A stretch of DNA of 62,000 bases. It comes from Botryllus schlosseri (lineage: Eukaryota). This document shows, piece after piece, positions 24,246 through 35,280 of the stretch (the stretch's first letter is position 1; each line of letters begins with the position of its first letter). The stretch lies in assembly GCA_051294905.1 (NCBI GenBank), contig CM119373.1, forward strand, positions 186,001 through 248,000. Direction: 5' to 3'. The notes beneath the pieces are model-generated. The model was not told the DNA's origin and did no database searches. It was given only the letters and a program-made list of their open reading frames with translations. The position numbers and the translations under genes are program-made.

Positions 24246-25307
24246 ATGAAAGGAGATCAGTGCAGGATTATGGAATTGCTGGAGTTGTTGGAATTTACTG
24301 ACGATGATGATGAACAGTACAGACTGCCAAGAAAGTATCTCGCAGATGTTCAGAACCCCTTCGAAAGGTATTCGAACAACGAGTTCAGACTGCGATTCCG
24401 GTTTTCAAAAGACGCAACTCACTATCTTTTTGGGCTGTTGAAAGATGATGAAGAATTGACCTGCAGAGATCATGCTCTTCCGCCAATACTACAACTAACT
24501 TGCGCCTTACGGTTTTTCGCGGATGGCCATTTTCAACAGACTGATGGTGACCTAGCTGGTATAAGCAAAGTAACTGCTCACAGAAGCATTCACAAAATTA
24601 CCCGTGCCATATGCCGCAAGACGCTCCTGTTTTTGAATTTTCCTACTGACCTCGCCAAAGTAAAGCATGAATTTTATGACATTGCAGGCTTCCCAAACGT
24701 TGTTGGAGCAATCGATTGTACTCATCTACCCATAATATCCCCTGGCGGTGATAATGCAGAGGTGTTCCGGAACAGAAAAGGTTATTTTTCATTGAACGTT
24801 CAAATGATATGTGATGCACAGCGAGTCGTAACAAACATTGTCACACGTTGGTATGGATCTTGTCACGATTCAAGAATCTTTGACAATTCGGTGATCCGTG
24901 ATCGATTCGAAGATAATCAAATCGATGGATATTTGTTTGGGGATAATGGATATCCACTGAGGAGCTACTTACTTACACCACTATTATCACCAAGAACATC
25001 GGCCGAAAAAAAGTATAATCACGCTCATATTGTAACCCGCTCTCGCATAGAGCAGTGCTTTGGCATGCTGAAAAAAAGATTTTTCGCCTTAGCTATACCG
25101 ATGAGGACCAAGCTCAGCAATTCCACGAATATCGTCGTGGCCATAACCTGCCTTCATAATCTGGCAATTCGGACACGACAGATGACTGATGAAACGGAAG
25201 TTGATGATGTATTCGAACCAGATGCTTCAGACCACCCTCATGTCGCATCGACTCCTTCTGGACAATCCGAGCGACAAAGCATAATTTTGAGATACTTTTC
25301 AAACTAA
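24246..25307 (+). CDS. Harbinger transposase (HARBI1-like DDE nuclease)
   Basis: 353-aa uninterrupted ORF with FRLRFRFSK, GAIDCTH, NRKGYFSLNVQ, HDSRIF, GDNGYP and RSRIEQCFGMLKKRF. Confidence 0.95.
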   Translation: MKGDQCRIMELLELLEFTDDDDEQYRLPRKYLADVQNPFERYSNNEFRLRFRFSKDATHYLFGLLKDDEELTCRDHALPPILQLTCALRFFADGHFQQTDGDLAGISKVTAHRSIHKITRAICRKTLLFLNFPTDLAKVKHEFYDIAGFPNVVGAIDCTHLPIISPGGDNAEVFRNRKGYFSLNVQMICDAQRVVTNIVTRWYGSCHDSRIFDNSVIRDRFEDNQIDGYLFGDNGYPLRSYLLTPLLSPRTSAEKKYNHAHIVTRSRIEQCFGMLKKRFFALAIPMRTKLSNSTNIVVAITCLHNLAIRTRQMTDETEVDDVFEPDASDHPHVASTPSGQSERQSIILRYFSN

Positions 25308-25633
25308 TCCATGAATATTCTTTTTCTACACATTCCATTTCAATTACAAAGAAACAAACATGAGCTTTATTGCGTGTGTCATGTAAAAATGAAAATTCGC
25401 ATAGCGGCTGATAGTAAGTTTAACACAGTATAGCAGGATAGCATAAAACAGTATAGCAGGATAGCATAAGCGCCTAAGCGGTGTAGAAAAACGGTGGAAG
25501 CAATTTTATAAATTGCAATACAGGATAGCATGAGCAGTGTGGAAAACCTCGGCAAGAAAAGAATGGCGTGTCAACGAAATTGAACGAAGTATACAGAAAA
25601 TTGGTTCAGACACTGGATTCAGTGAGCAAAAAT

Positions 25634-26316
25634 TCACTGATACTTTTTGTCCAGCATCTCGGACTTTTTTTTATAATGATTCACTTTGAGATCATGCTCA
25701 ATTTGTCTCATTCTCGTCTCCGTAACTCTCATTTCCAAATCCTTTTCCAGGAGTCTTTTTTTAGCCTTGCTCTCCTTCAATTTAGCGTTTAGCACATCCA
25801 ACCTCATTTCTTCATAGGTGGCCTTAGGCTTAGAGCGAGCTGTTTGGAAAGATGAAAATGATAAATACCATGAGTTTTAAAAAAATGTTGATATTTATAT
25901 TGCTGCAATATGTCCGAAATTCCGCAGTTGATTGCAGGGGTCGGCAACCTCTGGTCCGTAGACTAGCACTTTTCAAGTCCGTTCCTGGTCTGCGAAAAGT
26001 TATTTTATCATGCTTTGGCAAGTAAAGCGGGTTTTCATAATTATAGTGGTCGTTGCGCCTCATGCTTTTTACAATCGCTCTTCAAATTTTTCCAGAGTTT
26101 TTTCAACTTGTCCTCATTTCTCTCCACTTGTGCAATTCCTGATGAATTGAATTCACTGACAAGTTTGCGCCAGGCCGCTTCTTTATTCTTTCTAAAATCC
26201 TTATCGCTCTGTCCACTAGTTTTGCTGGTAATCAAAACGGGGTGATTTCCAATCAAGTCGATGAATCCATTTTTTTCAGCTGTGCTGAAATTCGGAGCGC
26301 GTGCAGTGCCAGCCAT
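25634..26316 (-). CDS. Harbinger Myb/SANT-like DNA-binding accessory protein (possibly disrupted)
   Basis: ATG at 26316: RAPNFSTAEK...KEAAWRKLVSEFN...LKKLWKNLK, stop at 26041. A coiled-coil-like last exon at 25839-25634 follows an AG acceptor. Confidence 0.8.
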
Positions 26317-27724
26317 TGCTTGTTGAGGATAATAAATTTTGAGTGGTGATAGCCAAAGAGTCAACTAGACCAAATTGAGTATGAGCACAATGCTGGTAAA
26401 AACAATACCTACGTCATCAGCAATATTTAATAAAGTCAAAAATATACATATTGATGAAAGTTCCATATAGTCAGCACTATTGCTGAAAGTAACAGCGGTT
26501 GAACATATTTACGACAACGCTCATATGGGTGGGACGAAAATGGAAATCAAGATAAAAAACCATGCAATCTGGCAAAATTGCGTGCAACGTTGATTAGGCC
26601 ATACTGTACCAAATACGTACGATACATATTTTCATTTTTCTAATGACGCGTCATGCGTTCACTTTTTGGCTATGACCCCAGCAAAGGCAAACTGTCAAAA
26701 CACCGACATGCTTAAGAGGTAACCAAGAAATTCTGAAGAGTCAGAAAACTGCAATGACAAGGTGACAGCAAGATGCAGACAAGACGTCACAACCTAATCT
26801 CGGTGCTTCTTCGATACATGTGCCATATTAATCGATGTTCCCCATGACCACTCATCAGCATCATTACCTCAACGGATTCGCATCGCTGACTATTGTTTAC
26901 CCACATAGGCAGGGGAGATAGCGTAGTGGTAACGATAAGCGTCCACCAATCTGACATCCCCTCTCTCGTAACCAGAGTCATATCATATTCGTAACTGAAT
27001 CGATTGGGGCCAGCGATCGCGGGTTATAGTGGTCATGGGGAACATTGCTTGATACTATATGGTGCGGGTATGGAAGAAGTGCTGATGTGTCCTGTGTGCC
27101 TCAGGGCTCTGGCTATCCATTTGACCTGAAATCCGTTCAGTATACGAACACCCCTGCAGCATTCCCCTGTAAATCCCACTATATAACGGTATGACATCAA
27201 CTTGTCACGTTTGTGATAAAAACATTGTTCCAAACTGCCTGAAAGCAATATACAATGATCTAATCTGATTTGCCAAGCTATACATCAGAAAAACGGCCAG
27301 TATCCTTCAACAACCAGCACAACAGTTACCAGCACTGGTGACTTCAGCCTACCCCCTAGCTGGCTTGGCGCACTAAGCGCACGCTGGAGGGGAAATCCCC
27401 TCAAGTCACACTTTTGAAACCGACTTCAGCCTGAGGGGTGTAGCTTAAGCCCGACGACGGGATTAAGTTGACTATTTGAAACCCACCCTCAGTGTGCATT
27501 CATGTCCTAGTCGCACCACGTATATTTTCAAAGTTCATGAATGGATGGGTACCGCTGGGCTCATTTGGCGCTTGGACATATGAATATGGAAGACTTCGGC
27601 AAACATGCGGCTATAATTTTAAAGAATTGTCAGTAAAACTACCTATCGAAAACCTTTTCCAAGAAGTTCGTCAACTGGAGGTGGGCCAGTTTTGGCCCGT
27701 TCGACGCGTCGTGATGCATATAAC

Positions 27725-27942
27725 TTTTTTGCTTTTCGTTTCAAATTTTTCAATACATTCTGGATTTGGCCAGTTGTACGGCTGCACGCGCAGGACCAGT
27801 ATTCATAGCTGCATATTTCTTACTGATTACATCTCAGGCCGCATCTTCTTGCTTTGCCGTCAGTCTTTTTGTCTTCTTTGGTTTCAATATATTCTTCTAT
27901 CAATTCAAATATTCTAAACTTTTCCTGTCTGTTGCAATTTTC
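27725..27942 (-). pseudogene. Decayed second Myb/SANT (Harbinger-like) gene fragment
   Basis: EKFRIFELIEEY...DKKTDG...DAA*DVISKKY...QL...NLKRKAK across frameshifts, with TGA where the AAW Trp is expected. Confidence 0.65.
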
Positions 27943-28050
27943 CGTCAACATTATGATAGGCGTCGTAGCAGTGACATACACGACCTTTTTTTTTAAAATA
28001 TAATCGATGTTTTCAACAGTTATTCTGTAACGCTGGTGCCTATTCATTAC

Positions 28051-28183
28051 TTTGCTCGTCCATCCGATCCCTTTCCATACTGAGAAGTAAGCCGCGATCC
28101 ATACTATGACCAGGCAAAGAAACAAATCTGGTTTGATTGTACCATAATCTTCCATACTTTCGCTCCTCCCGAGTATATGATTA
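28051..28183 (-). CDS. SLC6 exon (EL2 end-TM4)
   Basis: NHILGRSESMEDYGTIKPDLFLCLVIVWIAAYFSVWKGIGWTSK with AG/GT boundaries. Confidence 0.88.
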
Positions 28184-28580
28184 CTATGTAGTAAAGACCA
28201 AAACAAAACATTGGAAGAATAAAAAATATGGAAAGTCCATCTATTTGGGATGGTTCGAACATTATACGTACGTCCGAGTTCTGTGTGAGAAGCTCGATCT
28301 TTCAAAAGCTCGCGTTCGCATAATAACCTTGTAAGATTCTGCACTATGGAATTTTTTCATGACAAAACATATCAGTATTTGCTTGATAATTTTCCTCAAA
28401 GTTATTTGAAAGTTATCAATTATTTTATCTCGCGTTGGAGTAGTTGCCGAAAGATAAGAAATTTAAAATAGGCCTACATTCAAATGGAAGTTTCGGAAAT
28501 CTACGTAACAATCAGAAATGTGGAGGGCTATGTTTGTAATTGGAATTGGTTGTATCGTGTGTCCTATACATGGTGTAATC

Positions 28581-29330
28581 CAGTGGTTCTCAACCGGGGA
28601 TCCGCGAAGCAATTTCAGGGGGTCCGCGAAACCTCCAAATTTGCAAAATGTGTAATAATTTAATTTCTATTTTTTGAAAATAGAGAAATCACGAAGCAGT
28701 TTCACTTCATAACTATTAAAACATGAGGACCTACGTAAACAGAATGACCGTCTGAGATGAAATATTCTACTGTGCAAACTTATTTTGCTCGTCAATTTGC
28801 CAACAGCTTACTGATATTGATGATTTGAAAGGTTTTGTTGTGGTCTAGGAATAGATTTGCTTGCAAAAACATTCATTTCCCCTGTGATATACGTAACCGC
28901 TATTCCAGAATAGCTTTAAGATGAGCTGCTACATAGAAATGACTAGCCTGGATGCTTAATTGGTGTCATATAAATTGCGATCAGAACCAAAGGTGTCGTC
29001 GCAAGCGTTCTGCACTATTATATATTTGCCGCCACACCGTATCTTTATAGAAACTGATCTATTTTCAGCACTCGCTCACGTGAAATTGACGTCGCGACAG
29101 TGAATTCTTAGAAATGCAGCCATATAATTGGCTTTGCAATCATAAACGTCTTCCCAATTTCTACATAAATATAGTATGATATTAATTTCAAGAAAGGTCA
29201 TTTTGTTGCTGTTTATCAGTTGCACAAGACAGATGTGGTTGCACGGTAATCGAGCTTAATTTGAACTAAAAGTTTGGGGGTCCGCGGGGGTGCGTGACGG
29301 TCCGAAGGGGTCCGCGAAGTCAAAAATGTT
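28581..29330. mobile_element. hAT MITE (~750-bp family), right end degraded
   Basis: Starts CAGTGGTTCTCAACC; body is the reverse-orientation homologue of 38993-39756. Confidence 0.75.
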
Positions 29331-30991
29331 ACAATACAGCAGCCGCTTACAGATACCCGTTTTATATAATTTAGAGCTCGGCAAGCCGGTCAAAATGGCC
29401 GTAAAGTTACCTTTGACCAAATGGAAAGTGTGACGTAGACTGATTTCACTGAGCCGTGAGATTTGCTTGTGTCCACAGCCCACATCATATAGGACACTAT
29501 GATTGTATATATAACTTCGAAAGATGTTTATTTCCAGATAATGTGTCTGTATAGCCATAGCTGCTTACAAAATTAATCAAATATAGTGATATTGCTGATC
29601 AATTGGAATTATTTTGAAGGGTTTTTGACTCCCCTCAATAATCCTGAGCTAGAATATTTGTCATATTAAAGAAAAAAAACGAAAAAACGAAATTATATAT
29701 AAGCAGTTTATGGAGATTATAATCGACATGCATTTTTGGATTTTAAAGGTGGTTCTAAGCCAGGGGCACTGCACTCTAAAAATTGCGTGGTCTGAAATTG
29801 AGGGGCAACACGAAGTAAAAAATTTGGCGGCAGCCGTTTTCTTCAGAACGCCACCGTAATAGAGCTGTAATTTATTGAAATTTCCACAGCAACTTCACGC
29901 TCCAGCAGTCACGCAGAGATCGAATTTTATGTAGTTATCAGCCGATGCTATGAAGGAAATATGTCGTACATGCCCTGTGTTCAAAAGAAATAGAATACAC
30001 TAGGCCCGATTTTGACATTGATCTGCTGACTGAACCTATTCCGTTGAACGAACTATATAAAACACCTGGCGTGGAAAAGTACACTGTACAACTTTTAGGA
30101 GTGAAAGTGAGAGCACTCTGAATATTAAAGTGGCTTTTCAAGGCTTTTTGGTCAATATGATTACCTAAATATATTTGTATATTTGAGAGTTAAAAATTAA
30201 ATCGTCAGAATATTTCTTCATCGTATCATAAAAGATGATACTGTTTAGTGTTGTGACCCACAACCTTACATGACGTGATATATTATGAATTGCTTTGTTT
30301 GGACATTCATGTCGAAGTTAATCGACCAGATGGTAGGAGCTCGTACCCGATGGTTGTTATAACAATATAGCACATACAATTATCATAGCGTTCATTAGTC
30401 GAGTAGTGCTTGAGGGCGATTCACACGAATTCCCAACATGGAAAGACCGACTGGACTTCGAACTCTCTCCCCTTGTTTTACTACCGTCCCTAAAATATGG
30501 GGGGGGTGCGAGACCCAGGCAATTTTCGAAAGGAGGCGCTGCAGCAAAAAAGGTTAAGAACCGCTGGGCAGCCGATATACAATATATACTTGAAATATTC
30601 TTCCACTGAAGACCGGTAAACAATCGACGCGTTCATATATCCTGAACGGGAAGACATCAGCATCTGTATCAAATCACAGAAGACATCGTTGTCATAGGAC
30701 GTGAAATGTACATAATGTCACGAATATACCATGGATTTGTTTCCCACAACCGATACGCAACCTCCAGTATTCCAAGTGTTGTTGCATGACATCCAAACTG
30801 CTTCGTAAGTGAATGAAGCCCACATCCAGCGCACCACCCAAGACATGAGAACCCCCAGAACCGTGAACCAGTACGCCATGATAAACAGAGCGGTACAGCC
30901 GAGACCTGCATAGAACCAGTAGCGTATTAATCATCGATAATGCAAATATATAATTCTACATATCGGATGCATGCATCGGTATGGTCGAAGT

Positions 30992-31322
30992 CAGTGGTTC
31001 CTAACGTGGGCGACATCGCCCCCTAGAGGGCGATTTGGCGGTCTAGGGGGGCGAAAATAACGAAAGGGGCTATTAGGAGACGATGGCGCGTTAAAATGAC
31101 TATTGGGGTCTAGTCGAAGAAATGACCTTTTTTTAGTCAACACACGAAAATTTAGCTTAAAAAATGTAATTTCGAGGTCGAGCCGAAAAGTTGACCCTAT
31201 TTAGTCAACTCGCCGCGGTGGTTACAGTTTATTGCCCATTTTCGGTTCCCAATATTTGGGGGCGATCTTCGGTGTGGAGCTTGAAAAGGGGGCGATGAGT
31301 CGAAAAAGGTTGGGAACCACTG
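30992..31322. mobile_element. hAT MITE
   Basis: TIR CAGTGGTTCCTAAC / GTTGGGAACCACTG; TSD GTCGAAGT/GTCTAAGT; GGGCGA repeats. Confidence 0.88.
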
Positions 31323-31949
31323 GTCTAAGTACATATCCTCGCGGAAACTGGAAAAAATCATCTTAATCAACGCACAGATGGCTTGATGTAATGCGAGGTT
31401 CTTTGTTGATTGTGGTGGGGTAGGGTTGTTCAAAACTAACTTTTCCCCCGGATTCCGGGACTCACTGAATAAATTGTTAGGTTACCTAAAAATCGCCAAA
31501 CACATCACATAAGGTTACCTAAAAATCGCCGAACACATAAGTTGGATCGATTCCAATTAGTAGATGTGAACGCACTGATTTTGTGTTAAAAACGTTTTTT
31601 TTTTAATTACTGTCAAACCCATGAAATTGTCGAGTTGTCTACAAATACGACGTAAAACATATTTCACCCGATTCCAGCTCATAGAAGTGAAGATATTTGA
31701 GCTTTTCCCTAATAATTTTGGGTTTACCCACCGTCCAGACTGTTTCTGTAAATCTACAATTTTCAACTGCGATAACTTCGATTCTACCAATTGGAAGTGA
31801 GAAAAAAATTGTAAAGCATCATTTTTGTGCAAAACTCATCAATTTCATGGGGTTGACAGATTTTTTTATAAATTTATTTGACCAATGTGAAAATTTTTCC
31901 TCTGCATTCATTCACATGTACTAACTAGAATCCAGCCAATCTTATATGT

Positions 31950-32408
31950 TAGGCTTACCATACGTCCTCTTTTAAGAGGATTTGTCCTCTTTTTTGACTT
32001 TTTTGAAAGTGTCCTCGGAGGACGCCCTTTTGTCCTCTTTTTTGAGATTTTGTCCTCTTTTTTGAAAATTTAGGTCAGATATAGAGGAAATTGCGAGTGA
32101 TATGCCGCAAATTAGCGCAGAAGTGAAGCTCCGGCGGGTATTTCGGAGGAAAAGCGGTGATTTCAGCTCTGAGCGAAATGAAGACCTTCTTTTTTTTTTT
32201 TTTTTTTAGTCATCCACCTGGCAATGTAGAGTAAAAAACGTTATTTTGAGATCTGAGCGGAAGTGAAGACCTTTTTTTTTTTTTTTTTGTCAACCGACCG
32301 CAAAGTGGGAAAAATTCACCGGTTTTTGAGAATTCTACTCCGCTTTTGTATCTTGCAAATTTCTGAAAAAGTGTCCTCTTTTTGCATTTTCAAAATATGG
32401 TAAGCCTA
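31950..32408. mobile_element. hAT-type MITE (TAGGCTTACCATA family), opposite orientation to 20127-20569
   Basis: TIRs plus perfect TSD TTATATGT; closely similar body. Confidence 0.93.
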
Positions 32409-32716
32409 TTATATGTATTCAAATCGAATCGCATGATCGCATTGATACTGTCAGTAATTCAACTTACCTTGAAAGAGCGGAATTATCCCCCAAATCCTAA
32501 CGACGCTCTTTCCACTGTGCTGTCCTAAAGCTGCTTCTATCGATGCCAAGGGAGTACAACCAACAGCACCATAATCAGGTATGCGAATATGAAGGCACCT
32601 AAACAGAAATGAGTAATAATAGGACGAAATGGCTTTCAAACGGTTCTCTCCTGGTGTGGGGTCGTACTATATTGGTGCCATAATTTTGATGTTTGGGATG
32701 TCAAACTTACTGCCAG

Positions 32717-32950
32717 CGTGGCGAGATAGCGACTGCAACACCCGTGGGTTGCGGGTTCGAGTCCGACCGAGGTCGACTTCAGAATTCCTATGTAAGTGTT
32801 GGGGGTTTATCTAGGCTCCTCGCCATCTCATCTGCGTAAGCGGTGTCTTATAAAAGCGTCGAAGTGAGCGTGTTACAGGTCGGTAAATACAGAATCAAAA
32901 ATAAAGTATATCGGCCTGGCGTAAAATGATCAATGTAGGTGAAACACTAT
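32717..32950 (+). mobile_element. tRNA-derived SINE copy
   Basis: TGGCGAGATAGCG...GGTTCGAGTCC B-box; body homologous to 18987-19247. Confidence 0.8.
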
Positions 32951-33531
32951 GGACACATAAAAAAAACATAGTCTACTGCTTGCAGGAACCGGACGGGACC
33001 TCGATGTCATGCCGAGTAAATGAGAATATCCTCGAGGTATTAAGCACATTGCGATCAAAGGCTAATATTGTTTCAGAAAATGATTTCGATCGAATAATTC
33101 CTCAACGAAGCAAATGTCGAACATGATCACACGTCGGGCTTGGAACTTGACACAATGATCGTGCACTCGAATCTGAATCGATCTGAGATTCGAGCTCTGA
33201 AATTGTGCGGTTCTTGCCACTAGGAGTTAATTGAACAACGAGAATTATAGCGTCCATACTACTTAGTACTTACCACCGTGGAAAGCTTAATAGTTCAATT
33301 GGTCGCATAGCACCATGAAAACGAAACATGTAGTAAACGCACATTAGTGAAAATTGTAAGTCAGGATCAAGCAATGAAATGGGTCTGGTCAAAAATACCA
33401 AATCTTCTTTAATGTCGCGTGGAACTGGGATTAAATTCTTTGTGGCCGCATATTAGAATTTGCGCATAATTTATATTTCTGTGACGTCATAATAAATGAT
33501 ACTCAAATACTGCACTCTAATTGAGCCTTAA

Positions 33532-34474
33532 CCCTTACGAGGTGGGCGTATCATATATGATATGGCCATGTCTCCGACACCGATTTCTCCATGTTGACAC
33601 GCCCTAGACGTCGGGTACTACGTTTTTTGAAAAGCTGAGACTTTTCCGATGTATTCGGTACCTTACTCAAAAATTTTAGTTCATAAAAATAAACAAAAAA
33701 TTAAAAATAAAATAAAATATGGTTATCACTTAAAACTTCCGGATATTTTCCGAGTGGGACATATTGTCGGAAAATCTGCCAGAACATCAGAAGTCGACAC
33801 GTACGGTTTTCTGTGTAAATTTTCACCGTTTCAAACATCAAAACGTTTTCTGGGGAGTTTTTTGAGTGGGATTTGTAAATTTTGGTCACGCTTCAGTGAT
33901 TTTCAAGATCTAGGTCAAGTTCAAGTGCAAATTCAGTCGGCATATGAGTCATAAACAGGTTTACTGTGCCTGCAACTGGTTGGATATGACAAAGAAAGCA
34001 TATCGCGTTGTTTTATGCCATAAACCGGACTGTAGGGGTCGATTGAGTCTTGATCATGAACTTGACCTCGATGACCACTCACTGACCACGCCCATTTGTA
34101 AATTTTATGTGTATTTTCCATTTTTCGATATCTGACGAACCGCGCGGTTTACAACCATGGTTGACGGCTTGTTTGAAACCAGGCAACAGTGGCTACGCAC
34201 TGAAGCATCACATTCCACTCTCTGACACCATCCTGAGGGTCAGCCTTGAAAATTGAGAGAGAGAGAGATTTTTTTGGGGGAAAGCTTGTTTATTTAAACT
34301 TATTAAAAAACCTCAGACATGTCATGGGGTGTCGATCAAGGGTGGAATCGGTAGAGGGCTATACTCCGCCCACTTTTAAACTGGAACGGCCCAGATTCAA
34401 GACCTGGTGGGGTCACGGTGAGAATTTGAAAAGTGAAGGTCAATTCTGCAAAATATGGCCCCACCTCGTAAGGG
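33532..34474. mobile_element. Non-autonomous piggyBac-type element
   Basis: TTAA|CCCTTACGAGGTGGG ... CCCACCTCGTAAGGG|TTAA. Confidence 0.92.
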
Positions 34475-34528
34475 TTAAATCAGACTCGAATCGCTCAGGT
34501 ACTCGATTTTGCCAAGCTCTAAATAATG

Positions 34529-35280
34529 CAGTCGCTCTCAACCTTTTTGTTATAGCGGACCCCCAAAGATTTAGTTCAAATTTGGCTACCGTCAGTTGTC
34601 CTGTCCAAATATCAGCTGTAGGCTGGTGATAAACGGCAACAAGGTGACTATGACCATTCTTGAACATATAATAAAATAGCCGACTATTTATGTTGAAATT
34701 GGAATAACTTTTATTATTTCAAAGCGAATTCTGTAGCTAAATTTCTTGAAATATGCGGCCGTCTCTTGAAAATACGAGCCGTCCATTTGATATGAACCAG
34801 TGCCGAAATTCCATTTCCACAAAAAATAGGTGGTGGCGAATGTAATAACATGCAACGCTTCCGACAATACTTTTGGGTATGATCGCAACATTATATATGA
34901 CATTAAAATTTAGAGCTGATTTTTGGTGAACATATAACTTCCACCAATAGTCATTTCAATCTAGCAGCTGATCTTATTGTTATTCTGTCTTAGTGGTTAT
35001 GCGTAACACAGGAGAAAATGGATTTTTGCGAACAAATTTTATCGTAAACCCCAACTAAACATCTCTAAATTGTACTAGTAGCCTATTTGGCAATTAGGAG
35101 ATTAAAATGAGTTTGCACGGTAGAAAATTTAATCTCAGGCTGTATATGTGAGTCGTGAAATTCTACCAGGTATGAAGCGAAACTGTCTCGTGTTTTCTCT
35201 AATTAAAAAAAAATACAAATTAGGTTGTCAACCATTTTGCAAATTTGGAGGTCTCGCGGACGCCCGGCTGAGAACTACTG
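34529..35280. mobile_element. hAT MITE (~750-bp family), older copy
   Basis: Degenerate TIRs CAGTCGCTCTCAACC / GGCTGAGAACTACTG; body collinear with 38993-39756. Confidence 0.8.

Larger units (their letters stand above)
24019..27488. mobile_element. PIF/Harbinger DNA transposon inside the SLC6 locus
   Basis: TIR GGGTGGGTTTCAAA / TTTGAAACCCACCC; convergent nuclease and Myb/SANT genes. Confidence 0.95.

Noticed and set aside
27820..28344. 174-aa ORF as a single protein
   Set aside because: It is a chance read-through of intron, two SLC6 exons and a Myb remnant.
31558..31923. TAG-ended inverted repeat element (TAGTAGATGTGAA / TTCACATGTACTA)
   Set aside because: Plausible MITE, but no TSD or second copy is seen, so it was not classified.
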